DNA from: an uncultured Spirochaetota bacterium
Lineage (GTDB): Bacteria; Spirochaetota; UBA4802; UBA5550
DNA: 64,000 nt
Assembly: GCA_963732395.1 (NCBI GenBank)
Contig: CAVSZF010000007.1
Span: forward strand, 761,571 to 825,570
Reading direction: 5' to 3'
Shown here one piece after another: positions 1-10,164 of this stretch. Positions within the stretch are counted from its first letter, which is position 1. The number at the start of each line of letters is the position of its first letter. The position numbers and the translations under genes were made by a program. Below the pieces are notes generated by a model. That model made no database searches. It was not told the DNA's origin and saw only the letters and a list, made by a program, of their open reading frames with translations.

Positions 1-31
1 CACAGTAAATTGGAAATAAAGGTGTCGTATA

Positions 32-1696
32 ATGGATAAGAGAAGTGTAATAGCGATCGTTCTTATTGCCGCGCTCTGGATGGTCTATTTTGTTGTATTC
101 AAACCGGACGAAACCGCCAGAAAGCAGGTCGTGAAGAAAGTTGAAGAACCCCGTAAGGATGCAGGGAAGCTCCGGAAGGAAGACCGCGCCCCGGTGGCAA
201 TAAGTGCGGTTACCAGGTCGGGTGATGAAAAGTTAATAAACATCCAAACGAAAAAGTTTGCCTTCAAGCTCTCGAACAGGGGTGCTGCCATTACGGCGTG
301 TAACTATATCGAGAGGAACATAGACCTGATCGTCGGTATGAACCCCTACGGTGCATCAGGGCCTCTGGATTTCGCACTACATTTCGATGATGAGGAGTTC
401 CTTTCGGGAAATGCTCTTCAAGAAACCCTGTGGAACTATCGCCAGGAAGGAAACCGTGTATTCTTCCAGACGGACTTCCGGATGAACGGCGTGCCGGTTC
501 GGCTGGAAAAAATTTACACATTCAAAGACGAAGGATACGGCTTTCATCTCGAGTATCGGATGAAGAATAACGGCAGGAACGCAGTCACCTTCGCCGATGG
601 TGCGGTCATTGTGTCGCCGGGTGAAATGATAGGGCCGGCGCTGAATTACAACAATACCTACAACCGACTGATGGGTGTGTATTCTATCGACGGAAAATTC
701 AAAAATGCCGACAAGGGCGGCGGGGGCTTTCTCTTCGGCTGCGGATCGTCATCAAACGGGGAGCCGCTTAAAAAGACGGCAGGCGCGGCGAACTGGGCCG
801 GAATAATGAGCCGCTACTTCCTTGCGATCATCATTCCGGAAGGAACGACCGGAAGCGGGGTGGTGCAGGATAGCAGGAAGCAACGAGGTTTCAGGACAGG
901 GATCCAGGTGGCGATGAAGGACCTCGCACCGGGTGGAAACGTGTCGAAGGGCTTCAAGGTCTACATCGGCGAGAAGGATAAGAAGATGCTCGCGTCCGTC
1001 GATGCGTCAATCGTGGACGCCGCGGACGTCAACAGGATCATCGAACCGATACGAAATTTCGTGCTGTGGTGCCTCATCACCATCAACAAGCTGGTGGGGA
1101 ACCTGGGCTGGGCCCTTGTACTATTTTCGATATTGACCAAGATCGTGTTCATGCCGCTCACCATAAAATCGACCGAATCAATGAAAAAGATGCAGCAGCT
1201 GACCCCCAAATTGAACGAGCTGAAGGCCAAATTCAAGGACAAGCCGGACCAGATGCAGAAGGAAATGATGAAGCTCTACCGGGAGAACAAGGTGAACCCG
1301 ATGGGCGGATGCTTTCCTCTCCTGCTCCAGATGCCTTTTTTCTTCGCACTCTACAGTGCCCTGATCAATTCCATCGATCTCTGGCAGGCTCCCTTCATTC
1401 TCTGGATGAAGGACCTTTCCATGCCTGATACGGTGTTCAGCTACTCCGGGTATGATCTCAACATACTGCCCATTCTCATGACCGCCTCGACGTTTATCCA
1501 GCAGAAATTGACGACCGTCGATACCGGAGGTCAGCAGAAGATGCTGATGATGATAATGCCCTTCATGTTCATTTTCATCTTCTGGAGTATGCCTTCCGGG
1601 CTGGTGCTCTACTGGGCTCTCCAGAATGTGTTCCAGATCCTGCAACAGTTGTTCATCAATTACAGGACGAAGAGAGCGAAAAACGTGAGTGCCTGA
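32..1696 (+). CDS. yidC: Membrane protein insertase YidC
   Basis: 554 aa. N-terminal TM segment and large periplasmic domain. C-terminal conserved YidC/Oxa1 core (KMQQLTPKLNELKAKFKDKPDQMQKEMMKLYRENKVNPMGGCFPLLLQMPFFFALY). Basic C-tail. RBS AAAGGTG upstream. Confidence 0.9.
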   Translation: MDKRSVIAIVLIAALWMVYFVVFKPDETARKQVVKKVEEPRKDAGKLRKEDRAPVAISAVTRSGDEKLINIQTKKFAFKLSNRGAAITACNYIERNIDLIVGMNPYGASGPLDFALHFDDEEFLSGNALQETLWNYRQEGNRVFFQTDFRMNGVPVRLEKIYTFKDEGYGFHLEYRMKNNGRNAVTFADGAVIVSPGEMIGPALNYNNTYNRLMGVYSIDGKFKNADKGGGGFLFGCGSSSNGEPLKKTAGAANWAGIMSRYFLAIIIPEGTTGSGVVQDSRKQRGFRTGIQVAMKDLAPGGNVSKGFKVYIGEKDKKMLASVDASIVDAADVNRIIEPIRNFVLWCLITINKLVGNLGWALVLFSILTKIVFMPLTIKSTESMKKMQQLTPKLNELKAKFKDKPDQMQKEMMKLYRENKVNPMGGCFPLLLQMPFFFALYSALINSIDLWQAPFILWMKDLSMPDTVFSYSGYDLNILPILMTASTFIQQKLTTVDTGGQQKMLMMIMPFMFIFIFWSMPSGLVLYWALQNVFQILQQLFINYRTKRAKNVSA

Positions 1697-1769
1697 GGGG
1701 TGTGATGTGCATGAAACCGCAGGTTTTCGGGATGAGAAATGATGCATGTAAATTATCAGGAGGCCAACC

Positions 1770-2408
1770 ATGAAGGTTATAGAGCTGGAGGGAAGGACCG
1801 TCGAGGACGCGACAAAGAAAGCGATGGCAGAGCTCGGTATCGCAGACGCCTCGAAAGTGAACATAGAGGTCATCGATGAGGGGAAGAGCGGCATCTTCGG
1901 TTTCGGTGTGTCCAGGCCCGCGAAAATCAGGCTCTTCTACAATGTCGATACTAAGGATATCGGGGACACCATAAAAGAGGTTATCGTTAACATATTCAAC
2001 AAGATGGAACTCGATTGTAAAATTGCCGATCTGAAGGAAGGGGAATCGAAGGTCTATGTGGAGTTGGAAAGCAAGAACAGTTCCGGCCTCGTTATCGGCA
2101 GAAAGGGGAAGACCCTGGAGTCCCTCCAGTTTATGGTGAACCTGATCGTGAATCACAAATGCGAAAGCGATAAAAAAATTATTCTGGATATCGAATCGTA
2201 CCGGGCCAAGCGAGAGCGGGCGCTCAGGAAGATGTCGAAGGACATTGCCTTCAAGGTGATCAAGTCGGGAAGGCCATGGACCCTTGAGCCGATGAACCCA
2301 TTCGAGCGGAGGCTGATACACCTCACACTCCAGAACGATTCGCGTGTGACGACCAAAAGCGAGGGGCAGGGAATTTACCGGAAAGTCACTATCATGCCAC
2401 GGCAGTGA
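1770..2408 (+). CDS. khpB: Jag/KhpB RNA-binding protein (KH + R3H domains)
   Basis: 212 aa. C-terminal R3H motif (RRLIHLTLQNDSRVTTKSEGQGIYRKVTI). Conserved position between yidC and mnmE. AGGAGG RBS 6 nt upstream of the ATG. Confidence 0.8.
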   Translation: MKVIELEGRTVEDATKKAMAELGIADASKVNIEVIDEGKSGIFGFGVSRPAKIRLFYNVDTKDIGDTIKEVIVNIFNKMELDCKIADLKEGESKVYVELESKNSSGLVIGRKGKTLESLQFMVNLIVNHKCESDKKIILDIESYRAKRERALRKMSKDIAFKVIKSGRPWTLEPMNPFERRLIHLTLQNDSRVTTKSEGQGIYRKVTIMPRQ

Positions 2409-2417
2409 CAGGGAACG

Positions 2418-3773
2418 GTGATGGACGACACCATCTGCGCTCCCTCAACCCCGCCTGTTCAATCCTCTATCGCAGTAATCCGCATCAGCGGCCCAGGTAC
2501 ACTAGGCGCCCTTGCTTCCATATTCAGCAGGGCGGAGGAACTGGAGCCGCGCCGCGCCGTATACGGAATTATTCACGACGGTGAAAAGCCGGTCGACGAT
2601 GTGGTGGTCGTATCCTACCGCACGCCGGCAAGTTATACAGGCGAGGATATGGCGGAACTGTCATGCCATGGCAATCCACTCATTGTGGGGGCCGTCATAC
2701 GGCTGTTGAACCGCCATGGCGTCAGGCTTGCGGAACCGGGAGAATTCACCCGGCGTGCCTTTCTGAACGGCAAGATCGACCTCACCGGCGCGGAAGCAAT
2801 CAATCATATCATTTCTGCGAAGAGCGAGTGGGAGATTGAGACCTCCCTCCGGCAGATGCACGGGTCACTGAGGGAAATCATTAACGGGATAAGGCGCCAG
2901 ATCACCGAATTGAAGGCGGACATCGAGGCCGCCATTGATTTTCCCGGGGAAGAGATCGACGGGATATTCACCGGAAAAGCCCTCCGCGAATCTGCGGGCA
3001 TCCTTACGGCTCTTGAGGATCTCCTGGGCAGGTGCCGATCGGGCGAGCGCCTTTGCCGCGGAATCGATATCACCATCACTGGCAGGCCGAACGTAGGAAA
3101 ATCGAGCATATTGAATCTACTCCTCAATCGGGAGCGGGCTATCGTAACCGGGATACCGGGGACCACCAGGGACGTGATTCGAGAAACCTTCCAGATCGCC
3201 GGCGTTCATGTCAACCTGATCGATACCGCCGGTATCGACACGCCGGGTGACGAGATCGAGAGGATCGGCATTGACCTGAGTAATCGCCATATCGAGTCCT
3301 CGCACTATATCATCCTCGTCCTCGATGTACAGGCGGGCCTGCTTGATGCCGACCGGGCGCTCCTTGAAAAGACGAAGAACAAGAGCAGGGTTATCCTCAT
3401 CAACAAGATCGACATCGCGGGGGCCGGCGACGTTGAACGCATTCGGGAAGCCCTGTCCGAGGATGCGATATCTTTCTCCGCAAAAAAAGGCCTGGGGCTG
3501 AGCGAATTGAAAGAAACGCTCGGGCGCAAAATACGGGAAGAGTTTTCCGCGGCGGAGGACAGCTTCATCGCCGATGTCCGTATCACCGGTCTTCTTGAAG
3601 AGGCGGTACAAGCGGCATCCCGGGCGGGTCGTCTTATCGGGGATGAAGGGCCTGCAGAGATCATCGCCTTTGAACTTCAATCGCTTATGGAAGCTTTATC
3701 GGAAATAACAGGGGAAATAACGCCTGATGACGTGTTGCATTCGATATTCAGCAGGTTCTGTATTGGCAAATAG
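2418..3773 (+). CDS. mnmE: tRNA modification GTPase MnmE (TrmE)
   Basis: 451 aa. G-domain motifs (GRPNVGKSSILN, DTAGI, NKID). C-terminal FCIGK tetrahydrofolate/Cys motif typical of MnmE. Confidence 0.9.
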   Translation: MMDDTICAPSTPPVQSSIAVIRISGPGTLGALASIFSRAEELEPRRAVYGIIHDGEKPVDDVVVVSYRTPASYTGEDMAELSCHGNPLIVGAVIRLLNRHGVRLAEPGEFTRRAFLNGKIDLTGAEAINHIISAKSEWEIETSLRQMHGSLREIINGIRRQITELKADIEAAIDFPGEEIDGIFTGKALRESAGILTALEDLLGRCRSGERLCRGIDITITGRPNVGKSSILNLLLNRERAIVTGIPGTTRDVIRETFQIAGVHVNLIDTAGIDTPGDEIERIGIDLSNRHIESSHYIILVLDVQAGLLDADRALLEKTKNKSRVILINKIDIAGAGDVERIREALSEDAISFSAKKGLGLSELKETLGRKIREEFSAAEDSFIADVRITGLLEEAVQAASRAGRLIGDEGPAEIIAFELQSLMEALSEITGEITPDDVLHSIFSRFCIGK

Positions 3774-3836
3774 GGATGGGGACAAACAATTCGTTGACGT
3801 ACTGGATAATTTTATTATCTTGTAAGTGCAATAAGA

Positions 3837-3865
3837 TTGACATTTCATCGGCGAATGATGATACT
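3837..3865 (+). promoter_or_regulatory. Sigma70-like promoter: TTGACA, 17 bp spacer, GATACT
   Basis: TTGACA at 3837-3842, 17-bp spacer, GATACT at 3860-3865, about 30 bp upstream of ATG 3897. The track's TTG start at 3837 coincides with the -35 hexamer, which argues for the 3897 start. Confidence 0.4.
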
Positions 3866-3896
3866 TATCTGCCTCCTGCAGGCATGGGTTATTCAT

Positions 3897-5690
3897 ATGG
3901 ATAAAGACAAACTCGACAAAACCAAGAAGAATATCGGTGTGACGAATATGGACGAGCAGACCAGAAAGAATCTGTTCGAAAAATTTGTGGACGGCGGGGG
4001 AAAAGTGATCGATGAAAAGGCCGCACGAAAGCGGCTTACAATCGATCGTGAAAAACAGAAACAGTTTCTCAAGAAAGCGGAGATCCATGCGAACAGGGGA
4101 AGAAGGGTAGAAAAACAGAGACAGGTCGATCAGAAGCAGGTCGTACAGCAGCGTCCCCCCGCGACTGGCGACATTGGCCCACTGGCCCTCTTCTTCAACA
4201 GGTTGAAACTCAGAATAAAGCTGAAGACTTCCGGTGTGGCAGGCTTCAACGGCTATTTTTTCGATGCACGGTTTTTCAAGAAATTCAATAACACTTACAA
4301 GCCCGCAATGATGGAGTTGCAGATACTTTTTCTCGAGATATTCAGAAAAAGTCCCGCCACAGGAAGGGAGATTACGTCCCGACTTGACAAGATCAAGCCG
4401 CTCTATTATGAGCTGATCGAGATGATCGGAAATCTTTTTGACAAAATCATGGCCGATCAGATCGTCGAGCAGTACATCAATTTCCCGGAAGTCCCGAAAA
4501 AAACAGGAGAGTTGAAGGGACAGATATTGCTTCTGTATAAAAAGCTGCATCTCCTGAGCCGGTATGAGCATTCAATTCTTTCTGCATTCGAAATGGCCAT
4601 CGATCTCTACCTGAAGAAAGGTGAAAAATCATCGGATTCGTTTTCATCCATGAGGAAAAGTGCCCGCAACGATCTATTCGTGGTGTTTCATAAATTATAT
4701 CCGCGTCTCCACCTGCTTTTTTGTCTATATCAGTGGAGACTATACCCTCAGTCTGATCCCGCTATAGACGGGATTCTCGGCGTATTGGACGAAGAAAAAC
4801 CGGGGAACAGGCAGCTGGAGCGGTATTTTGAGGAGAGTTCAGTAACGGTAACGGGACCGGAGAATACTGAGGCGGACGAGGAATTGGAAAAGCCTGATGA
4901 CGCAAGGGCGAAGGCCTTGCGAAAGGGATTGGAATTGATGTCCATGATTGATTTTGCCAGGCTTAGAAAGGAGTATGACCGGACGCGCCTTTTCGAAAAT
5001 GTGGGTGAAGGAGACAAGGTGTTTCTCACTTACCTTCTGTTCAACGAATTCGACAGAGAATACTCGTTCATACTGACCACGAGTAAAATTAAGTTCAGGA
5101 CTGATTTTATCGCACGCACAAAGATTGATTTCAGATCGAGGCTCAACGTCCTGTACGATAGAATGAAAAAGAGCAGTGACGGCCTCAAGGAATACGCGGA
5201 AGAGCTGGGGAGCTATGAAAAGGCCCGCCGGGAAAAACCCTCGAGCAACGCCCAGTACATCGAGTTTACGAAGAGGATGGAATCCTTCGAGAAAAAAAAG
5301 ACCGCGGCGGGGAAAAACGCCCTTGCAATGGTACGCCAATATATGACCGAGGTGGCTGAAGAGCTCGCGTTGCTAATGGATGACATGGACGGTAATCAGA
5401 TATATGTCGAGAATCCCCAGGAGGAGATCGTATTCGATACCCTTATCGAAGGGGAGAAAAAGCTGAACGGGAAGAAGGTATTTGAGGCCATCCATATCGC
5501 TTATTCGTATGCCTTCGCCTTCGCAAGCCGCTTGAGTCAGGGAGGAGACCTTTCCGGCGATCTTGAATTTAAGAAAGAGGAGCTGGATGAGCTCAGGAAG
5601 CGGATGGAAGAACAGGCCGCTATGGCGCGTGAGGAATCCGAGCGTGAAGAAAAAAAATCGGTACTGGAAGAACTTGACGATATGCTGTAA
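3897..5690 (+). CDS. Hypothetical protein, highly charged (K/E/R-rich), coiled-coil-like, no recognisable domain
   Basis: Long ORF with a consistent coding look and no motif I can name. Start moved from the track's TTG (3837) to ATG 3897 because of the promoter call. It occupies the slot after mnmE where mnmG/rsmG are often found. Confidence 0.6.
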   Translation: MDKDKLDKTKKNIGVTNMDEQTRKNLFEKFVDGGGKVIDEKAARKRLTIDREKQKQFLKKAEIHANRGRRVEKQRQVDQKQVVQQRPPATGDIGPLALFFNRLKLRIKLKTSGVAGFNGYFFDARFFKKFNNTYKPAMMELQILFLEIFRKSPATGREITSRLDKIKPLYYELIEMIGNLFDKIMADQIVEQYINFPEVPKKTGELKGQILLLYKKLHLLSRYEHSILSAFEMAIDLYLKKGEKSSDSFSSMRKSARNDLFVVFHKLYPRLHLLFCLYQWRLYPQSDPAIDGILGVLDEEKPGNRQLERYFEESSVTVTGPENTEADEELEKPDDARAKALRKGLELMSMIDFARLRKEYDRTRLFENVGEGDKVFLTYLLFNEFDREYSFILTTSKIKFRTDFIARTKIDFRSRLNVLYDRMKKSSDGLKEYAEELGSYEKARREKPSSNAQYIEFTKRMESFEKKKTAAGKNALAMVRQYMTEVAEELALLMDDMDGNQIYVENPQEEIVFDTLIEGEKKLNGKKVFEAIHIAYSYAFAFASRLSQGGDLSGDLEFKKEELDELRKRMEEQAAMAREESEREEKKSVLEELDDML

Positions 5691-5704
5691 ACGGGTCCCT
5701 GCTG

Positions 5705-6541
5705 TCACACCTGATTGATCTCATCAGACTTCCGAACGAGAATTGCATCCCTGCGATGTTTCAAAATAGATTCCCTGTCCGCTGAAAGGAGTTGGTCCCG
5801 ATAGGGTATTGACTTGCGATTGGCACGGAGAACGGCATGTTCGGAATCCGTAAAGGGAGTGATCGATCCTCCCTTTGATGCAACCGTTCCCTCACGTTTG
5901 CCACCCACCGACGGGCCCCTTCCGACCATGAGCCCCGCATCGAGCATGGCGGTGCGGACGTGATCCGCGCTTGAATAGGTGGTAAGGACCCCCTTCTCGT
6001 CCATTACCCGGGATATCTCCCTCAGGAAATCGGTTGACCACAGCTCGGGATTGCGGGCAGGAGAAAAGGGATCAAAAAAAACCGCCTGGAAAGAGCCTGC
6101 CTCGAGACCTTTCACCGATTTACGGGCATCTCCCCAATGCACACGTATTGAAATGTCGCCCCATCGGGCGTATCCATCTTCATAGGCATGGCGGACAAAG
6201 CGGTACGCGGTATCACGGCCGTCATTGAATGAAATGGCCCTGAGGGCGTGGTGAAGGGCCCGCTCCTTTTCAAGGGAAACGATGGAGAGGGTGGCATGCC
6301 GTTTCAGGCGGATAAATTCCACGATCATCGCGAGAATGTTGTACCCCAGGCCGAAACCGACATCAAGAACGGAAAGTGAGTTGTCTTCCCGTTCCAGGAT
6401 GCGAGAGGGTTGGATATGCTTTCGAAGGGCCTCTTCATAGGCGCCGGAGAGGGAGTGCATCCCTTCGCCGTATTCGGAGAGGACGATGGTTGATGATCCG
6501 TCTCCGGTTGAAACGAAGGAAAAATGAGGGCTGTCAATCAT
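5705..6541 (-). CDS. Stand-alone MnmC-type SAM-dependent methyltransferase domain protein (tRNA mnm5U34 methyltransferase-like, MnmC2/DUF752)
   Basis: 278 aa. DVGFGLGYN SAM-binding motif. FFDPFSPARNPELWSTDFL matches the MnmC N-terminal methyltransferase signature (DGFAPAKNPDMW in E. coli). No FAD-oxidase domain is fused. Confidence 0.7.
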   Translation of the reverse strand: MIDSPHFSFVSTGDGSSTIVLSEYGEGMHSLSGAYEEALRKHIQPSRILEREDNSLSVLDVGFGLGYNILAMIVEFIRLKRHATLSIVSLEKERALHHALRAISFNDGRDTAYRFVRHAYEDGYARWGDISIRVHWGDARKSVKGLEAGSFQAVFFDPFSPARNPELWSTDFLREISRVMDEKGVLTTYSSADHVRTAMLDAGLMVGRGPSVGGKREGTVASKGGSITPFTDSEHAVLRANRKSIPYRDQLLSADRESILKHRRDAILVRKSDEINQV

Positions 6542-6999
6542 TGCTCTTTCCCGTTTCTATAAACAGACTGGTCGTCATCATGGGAGGTCGACCCGCCGAT
6601 GCATATTCCAGGATCGTAATCTACATAGGCGGTGCAGTACAACTCGCCGCAGCGACGATGATGGAGGCTTCCGCCGCGGATGATGACTGGGAGAGATTCC
6701 CTGCATGCTGCGGCCAGGCCCGGATCGTCGATATTTATACGCACATTGGTAGTGAGAATAAGGGTGGCGCGAAGACCGGCCGCCGCTATAAGGGCCTCCT
6801 GCATTTCACCGGAGCTCCGGTTGAGGCCGTCCTCGCCGGGAATGTCGATCCTCACATAGACCCGGAGAATACGGCGGCTGATTCCCTCCCATGCGTACTC
6901 CCTGACAGTTGATCCTGTGCATGAGCATGCGATCATGAGCATTAATAGTAGCCCATTTGATGCATGGCGCGGATTGTGCAGAGGGGTGTAGAATGCCAT
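6538..6999 (-). CDS. Putative lipoprotein, unknown function
   Basis: Start chosen at MAFYTPLHNPRHASNGLLLMLMIACSCTGS (hydrophobic h-region plus Cys lipobox). Its stop overlaps the start of the downstream MnmC-like gene in an ATGA arrangement, suggesting translational coupling. Confidence 0.5.
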   Translation of the reverse strand: MAFYTPLHNPRHASNGLLLMLMIACSCTGSTVREYAWEGISRRILRVYVRIDIPGEDGLNRSSGEMQEALIAAAGLRATLILTTNVRINIDDPGLAAACRESLPVIIRGGSLHHRRCGELYCTAYVDYDPGICIGGSTSHDDDQSVYRNGKEQ

Positions 7000-7321
7000 G
7001 GGGCATTTCTCCCTACGAAGATTCACTCGCGGGGTGCTCATTGTACCCTTGTCCCGAGAGGGAAAAGGGTATACTAGTAGGAAAGCAGACTATTTTTGCA
7101 ACCATTTCATAAAATAATGGTCATTTCTTAATTGTGCGAATTGGGCCGGAGCATTTAGGTTCATATGGCGGTTTTCCTTTTTCACATGTTATAAGTCAGC
7201 TATTCATGCAATAAATTTTTTCAACACTCACCTATCTATGGACAGCGGATAGCTTCAGCCTGGGAGAATTGCGGCCTCATATACGGAAACATCACACGGT
7301 GTAGCTTTTCAGGAGTGCAAC

Positions 7322-8728
7322 ATGAAAAAAATAGTATTTATTGAGCCGAAGCCACCGGGGGGACACATTTTCAGCAAGTTCGGATTGCCACGGATTGGCA
7401 TTTTTATCCTCGCCACGATGATGAGAGACCGGGGATGGGATGCGGAAGTGATGGTAGAAGAGATGCAGAGGATTGATTATAAGGTCCTTTCTGGGGCGGA
7501 TATCGTCGGTATATCGACCATTACACCAACTGCGATCAATGCCTATGACATAGCGGACAGAGTAAGGAGTATGGGAGTAACGGTCGTCATGGGGGGGCCC
7601 CACGTGACGTTTTTACCGGAAGAAGCCCTCGGTCATGCAGACTACGTCATCAGGGGTGAGGGGGAAATTCCCCTGATGCGGTTTATCGATGAATGGGAGG
7701 GCGGTGGTTGCTATAAAGAAGTCCCGAACCTCTCGTTCATGTCGGATGGAACTCCTGTTCATAATACGATTAGGGAGTTCGAAAATGACCTTGATCGCTT
7801 TCCCGCGGCAGATTTTTCCCTTATGAAGATCGACAGGCCCCTCAAGGTGATACCGATGCAGACCTCCCGGGGCTGTCCCTATGACTGCTCGTTTTGCTCC
7901 GTCACGGGGATGTTCGGGAAAAAGTACCGCTACCGCTCGACTGAACACATCATGGAAGAGCTCAGAAAGTACCGGGACTCGGGGCGGATGATATTTTTCT
8001 ATGACGATCATTTCGCTGCGAATAAAAAACGGGCGAAGGAACTCCTCCTGGCCATGATTGACGAGGGGTTTCGTTTCAAGTGGTCGACCCAGGTCCGTGC
8101 CGATATTGTGAAGGACCTGGAATTGATGGACCTGATGAAGCGAAGCGGATGCCATACCCTCTTCATCGGCTTCGAATCGTTCAACCCGGAGAGCCTCAAA
8201 GAGATGAAGAAGAAGCAGACGGTCGATGATATCATACATGCAGTCAAGGTGATTCATTCCTACGGTATACATATTCACGGCATGTTCGTACACGGATTCG
8301 ACAGCGATACGATGGATTCGGTCGCCATGACCGTGCGCTATGCGAAAAAAATGAGAATAACTTCCGCACAGTTTCTTCTCCTGACCCCCTTCCCGGGCTC
8401 AGAATTCTATGATTGTGTCAATGACAGGATCCTTTTCAATGACTGGTCGATGTATGATGCCCACCATGTTGTGTACCAGCCCAGGAATTTCTCACCCCAT
8501 TCCCTCCAGCTGTCGCAGGTATACAGTCATGAAAAATTTTACTCGGTCCCGGAAATCTTCAGGAAGCTGATAGGCAGAAGGTGGATCGCATCCGGCATCG
8601 GAATCTATGCGCGCCTTATCAATAGAAAATGGAAGAAGGAGAACAAGGAGTATCTCCGTCTGCTTCAGGAGATCTCAGGCGGGGCAGGCCCGATTGGCTG
8701 GTTACTCAAAGAAGAGACAAGGGTCTGA
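7322..8728 (+). CDS. B12-binding domain radical SAM protein (class B rSAM)
   Basis: N-terminal cobalamin-binding Rossmann-like region. Radical SAM CxxxCxxC motif (SRGCPYDCSFCSV). 468 aa, typical for this family. AT-rich 280-bp leader upstream. Confidence 0.8.
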   Translation: MKKIVFIEPKPPGGHIFSKFGLPRIGIFILATMMRDRGWDAEVMVEEMQRIDYKVLSGADIVGISTITPTAINAYDIADRVRSMGVTVVMGGPHVTFLPEEALGHADYVIRGEGEIPLMRFIDEWEGGGCYKEVPNLSFMSDGTPVHNTIREFENDLDRFPAADFSLMKIDRPLKVIPMQTSRGCPYDCSFCSVTGMFGKKYRYRSTEHIMEELRKYRDSGRMIFFYDDHFAANKKRAKELLLAMIDEGFRFKWSTQVRADIVKDLELMDLMKRSGCHTLFIGFESFNPESLKEMKKKQTVDDIIHAVKVIHSYGIHIHGMFVHGFDSDTMDSVAMTVRYAKKMRITSAQFLLLTPFPGSEFYDCVNDRILFNDWSMYDAHHVVYQPRNFSPHSLQLSQVYSHEKFYSVPEIFRKLIGRRWIASGIGIYARLINRKWKKENKEYLRLLQEISGGAGPIGWLLKEETRV

Positions 8729-8821
8729 TGTGGCATAGGCAGGCCACATGAAAAATTCTTGCGGATTATCCCCTGCCGGATTATGATCTTCACCGACCAC
8801 TTTAATAGTTGAGGGGCGGGA

Positions 8822-9106
8822 GTGATGGGTATGGCAAAGAAGCTGATTCTCCATGGCAGGGTGCAGGGGGTCTTCTGCCGCGCCTTTTGTGCCCATTACG
8901 CAAGAAAACACCGGATACGCGGTACGGCCTCCAATCTTTCCGATGGAACCGTCAGGGTCCTTCTCGACACAAATGACCCGGACCTGACAGGCCGCTACGT
9001 ATGCGATATCCGAAGCAACCCCGAGGGGTACGCCTTTTACGGCAGGATCGATTCTGTTAATGTGGAAAATCATGACGGTCCCCTGACCGGTGAGTATTCC
9101 TTTTAG
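8822..9106 (+). CDS. acyP: Acylphosphatase
   Basis: 94 aa. Acylphosphatase signatures HGRVQGVFCRAF and GTASNLSDGTVRV. The start could instead be one of the following Met codons (8828 or 8834). Confidence 0.75.
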   Translation: MMGMAKKLILHGRVQGVFCRAFCAHYARKHRIRGTASNLSDGTVRVLLDTNDPDLTGRYVCDIRSNPEGYAFYGRIDSVNVENHDGPLTGEYSF

Positions 9107-10164
9107 TGTTCCCGTCGGTTGGCGCCGGGCCGAATCAATTCGCTCAGCCAGGATCCGGCTATTTCAGCCGCAACCATGCTTCCGTACAGGTTCCAGTGGG
9201 GATCGTTACGCTGATTGAAGATGCGACGATCGAAGCGCTGTCTTTTCTTGAACCCATCCAGAAGGTTGAGAAAGGGGATCCCCATGCCTGATAGTTCCTC
9301 ATGAAGCATTCCGTTCAAGGTATAAAAATCGTACTCGTCTGGATTCCCGCCACGTCGCGCAATCGCATTGTGCCGCGCTTCCGGATAAAGTTGCACATCC
9401 GCCGGGCACGCTACGACGACCAGTGCGACACCCCTGGCATTGCATATCTCCCTCATCCTCCGGACAATTGAAAGGGAGCTTTCAACGTCCCTCCTGAAAC
9501 CGTGGTTTCCTTTGTGGAATAGATTCAATTGAGTATCGACGAGAAAGTGAATGTAGGCGTCATTATTCCGGATGAGTGTGTCATCGCGATAGGTGCCGGT
9601 GCCAAAAACTTTTCCGTCTGGTTCGATGCGGTTGACGATGAAGGCGTGCAGGAATGTGGCGGCCGCCGAGCCGTAGTGAAGACGTTTGCGCGTCCCGCCC
9701 CTGTTGAAATCGTCGCCGAGGAATAGAGTCAGAAGCACCATGTCCGGATGTAAACGTAACCCTTCGTTGATCAGTATCGAGAGATAGTCGATGGGGGCCG
9801 CGGAGGGCACGCCGAGGTTATAGATCTCGACATCCGGAACTGACCGGCGGATTTCCTTCCCGAGAAGGAATACATAGGTGCGTTGATAGGGGACGGCTCC
9901 GTATGTCTGTGAATCGCCGATGGCGATGATCCTGAAAACATCCGGAGGTTTTATTTCATTGAACTCGACGTCCTTGAATCCGCGGGAGTTGAGCCTGAAG
10001 CCGTTGAATTCGAGCGAATTCGGTCTACCCCGGTATTTGAGGTAGGTGCCGTCAGGCATGATGGCGAATCCTGGATTGCAGCGTCCGTAGATGCGAAGTG
10101 ACAGTTCTAGCACGGCGAGGCAGATGATTGGGATGAGAAGGGCGATAACTACGTGTTTTTTCAT
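9103..10164 (-). CDS. SGNH/GDSL-family hydrolase (AlgX/AlgJ-like), secreted or membrane-anchored
   Basis: N-terminal TM/signal sequence. GDS-type catalytic block IIAIGDSQTYG. C-terminal DPHWN block. Start set at the second Met (MKKHVV), which has a GGAG RBS 6 nt upstream. Confidence 0.7.
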   Translation of the reverse strand: MKKHVVIALLIPIICLAVLELSLRIYGRCNPGFAIMPDGTYLKYRGRPNSLEFNGFRLNSRGFKDVEFNEIKPPDVFRIIAIGDSQTYGAVPYQRTYVFLLGKEIRRSVPDVEIYNLGVPSAAPIDYLSILINEGLRLHPDMVLLTLFLGDDFNRGGTRKRLHYGSAAATFLHAFIVNRIEPDGKVFGTGTYRDDTLIRNNDAYIHFLVDTQLNLFHKGNHGFRRDVESSLSIVRRMREICNARGVALVVVACPADVQLYPEARHNAIARRGGNPDEYDFYTLNGMLHEELSGMGIPFLNLLDGFKKRQRFDRRIFNQRNDPHWNLYGSMVAAEIAGSWLSELIRPGANRREH

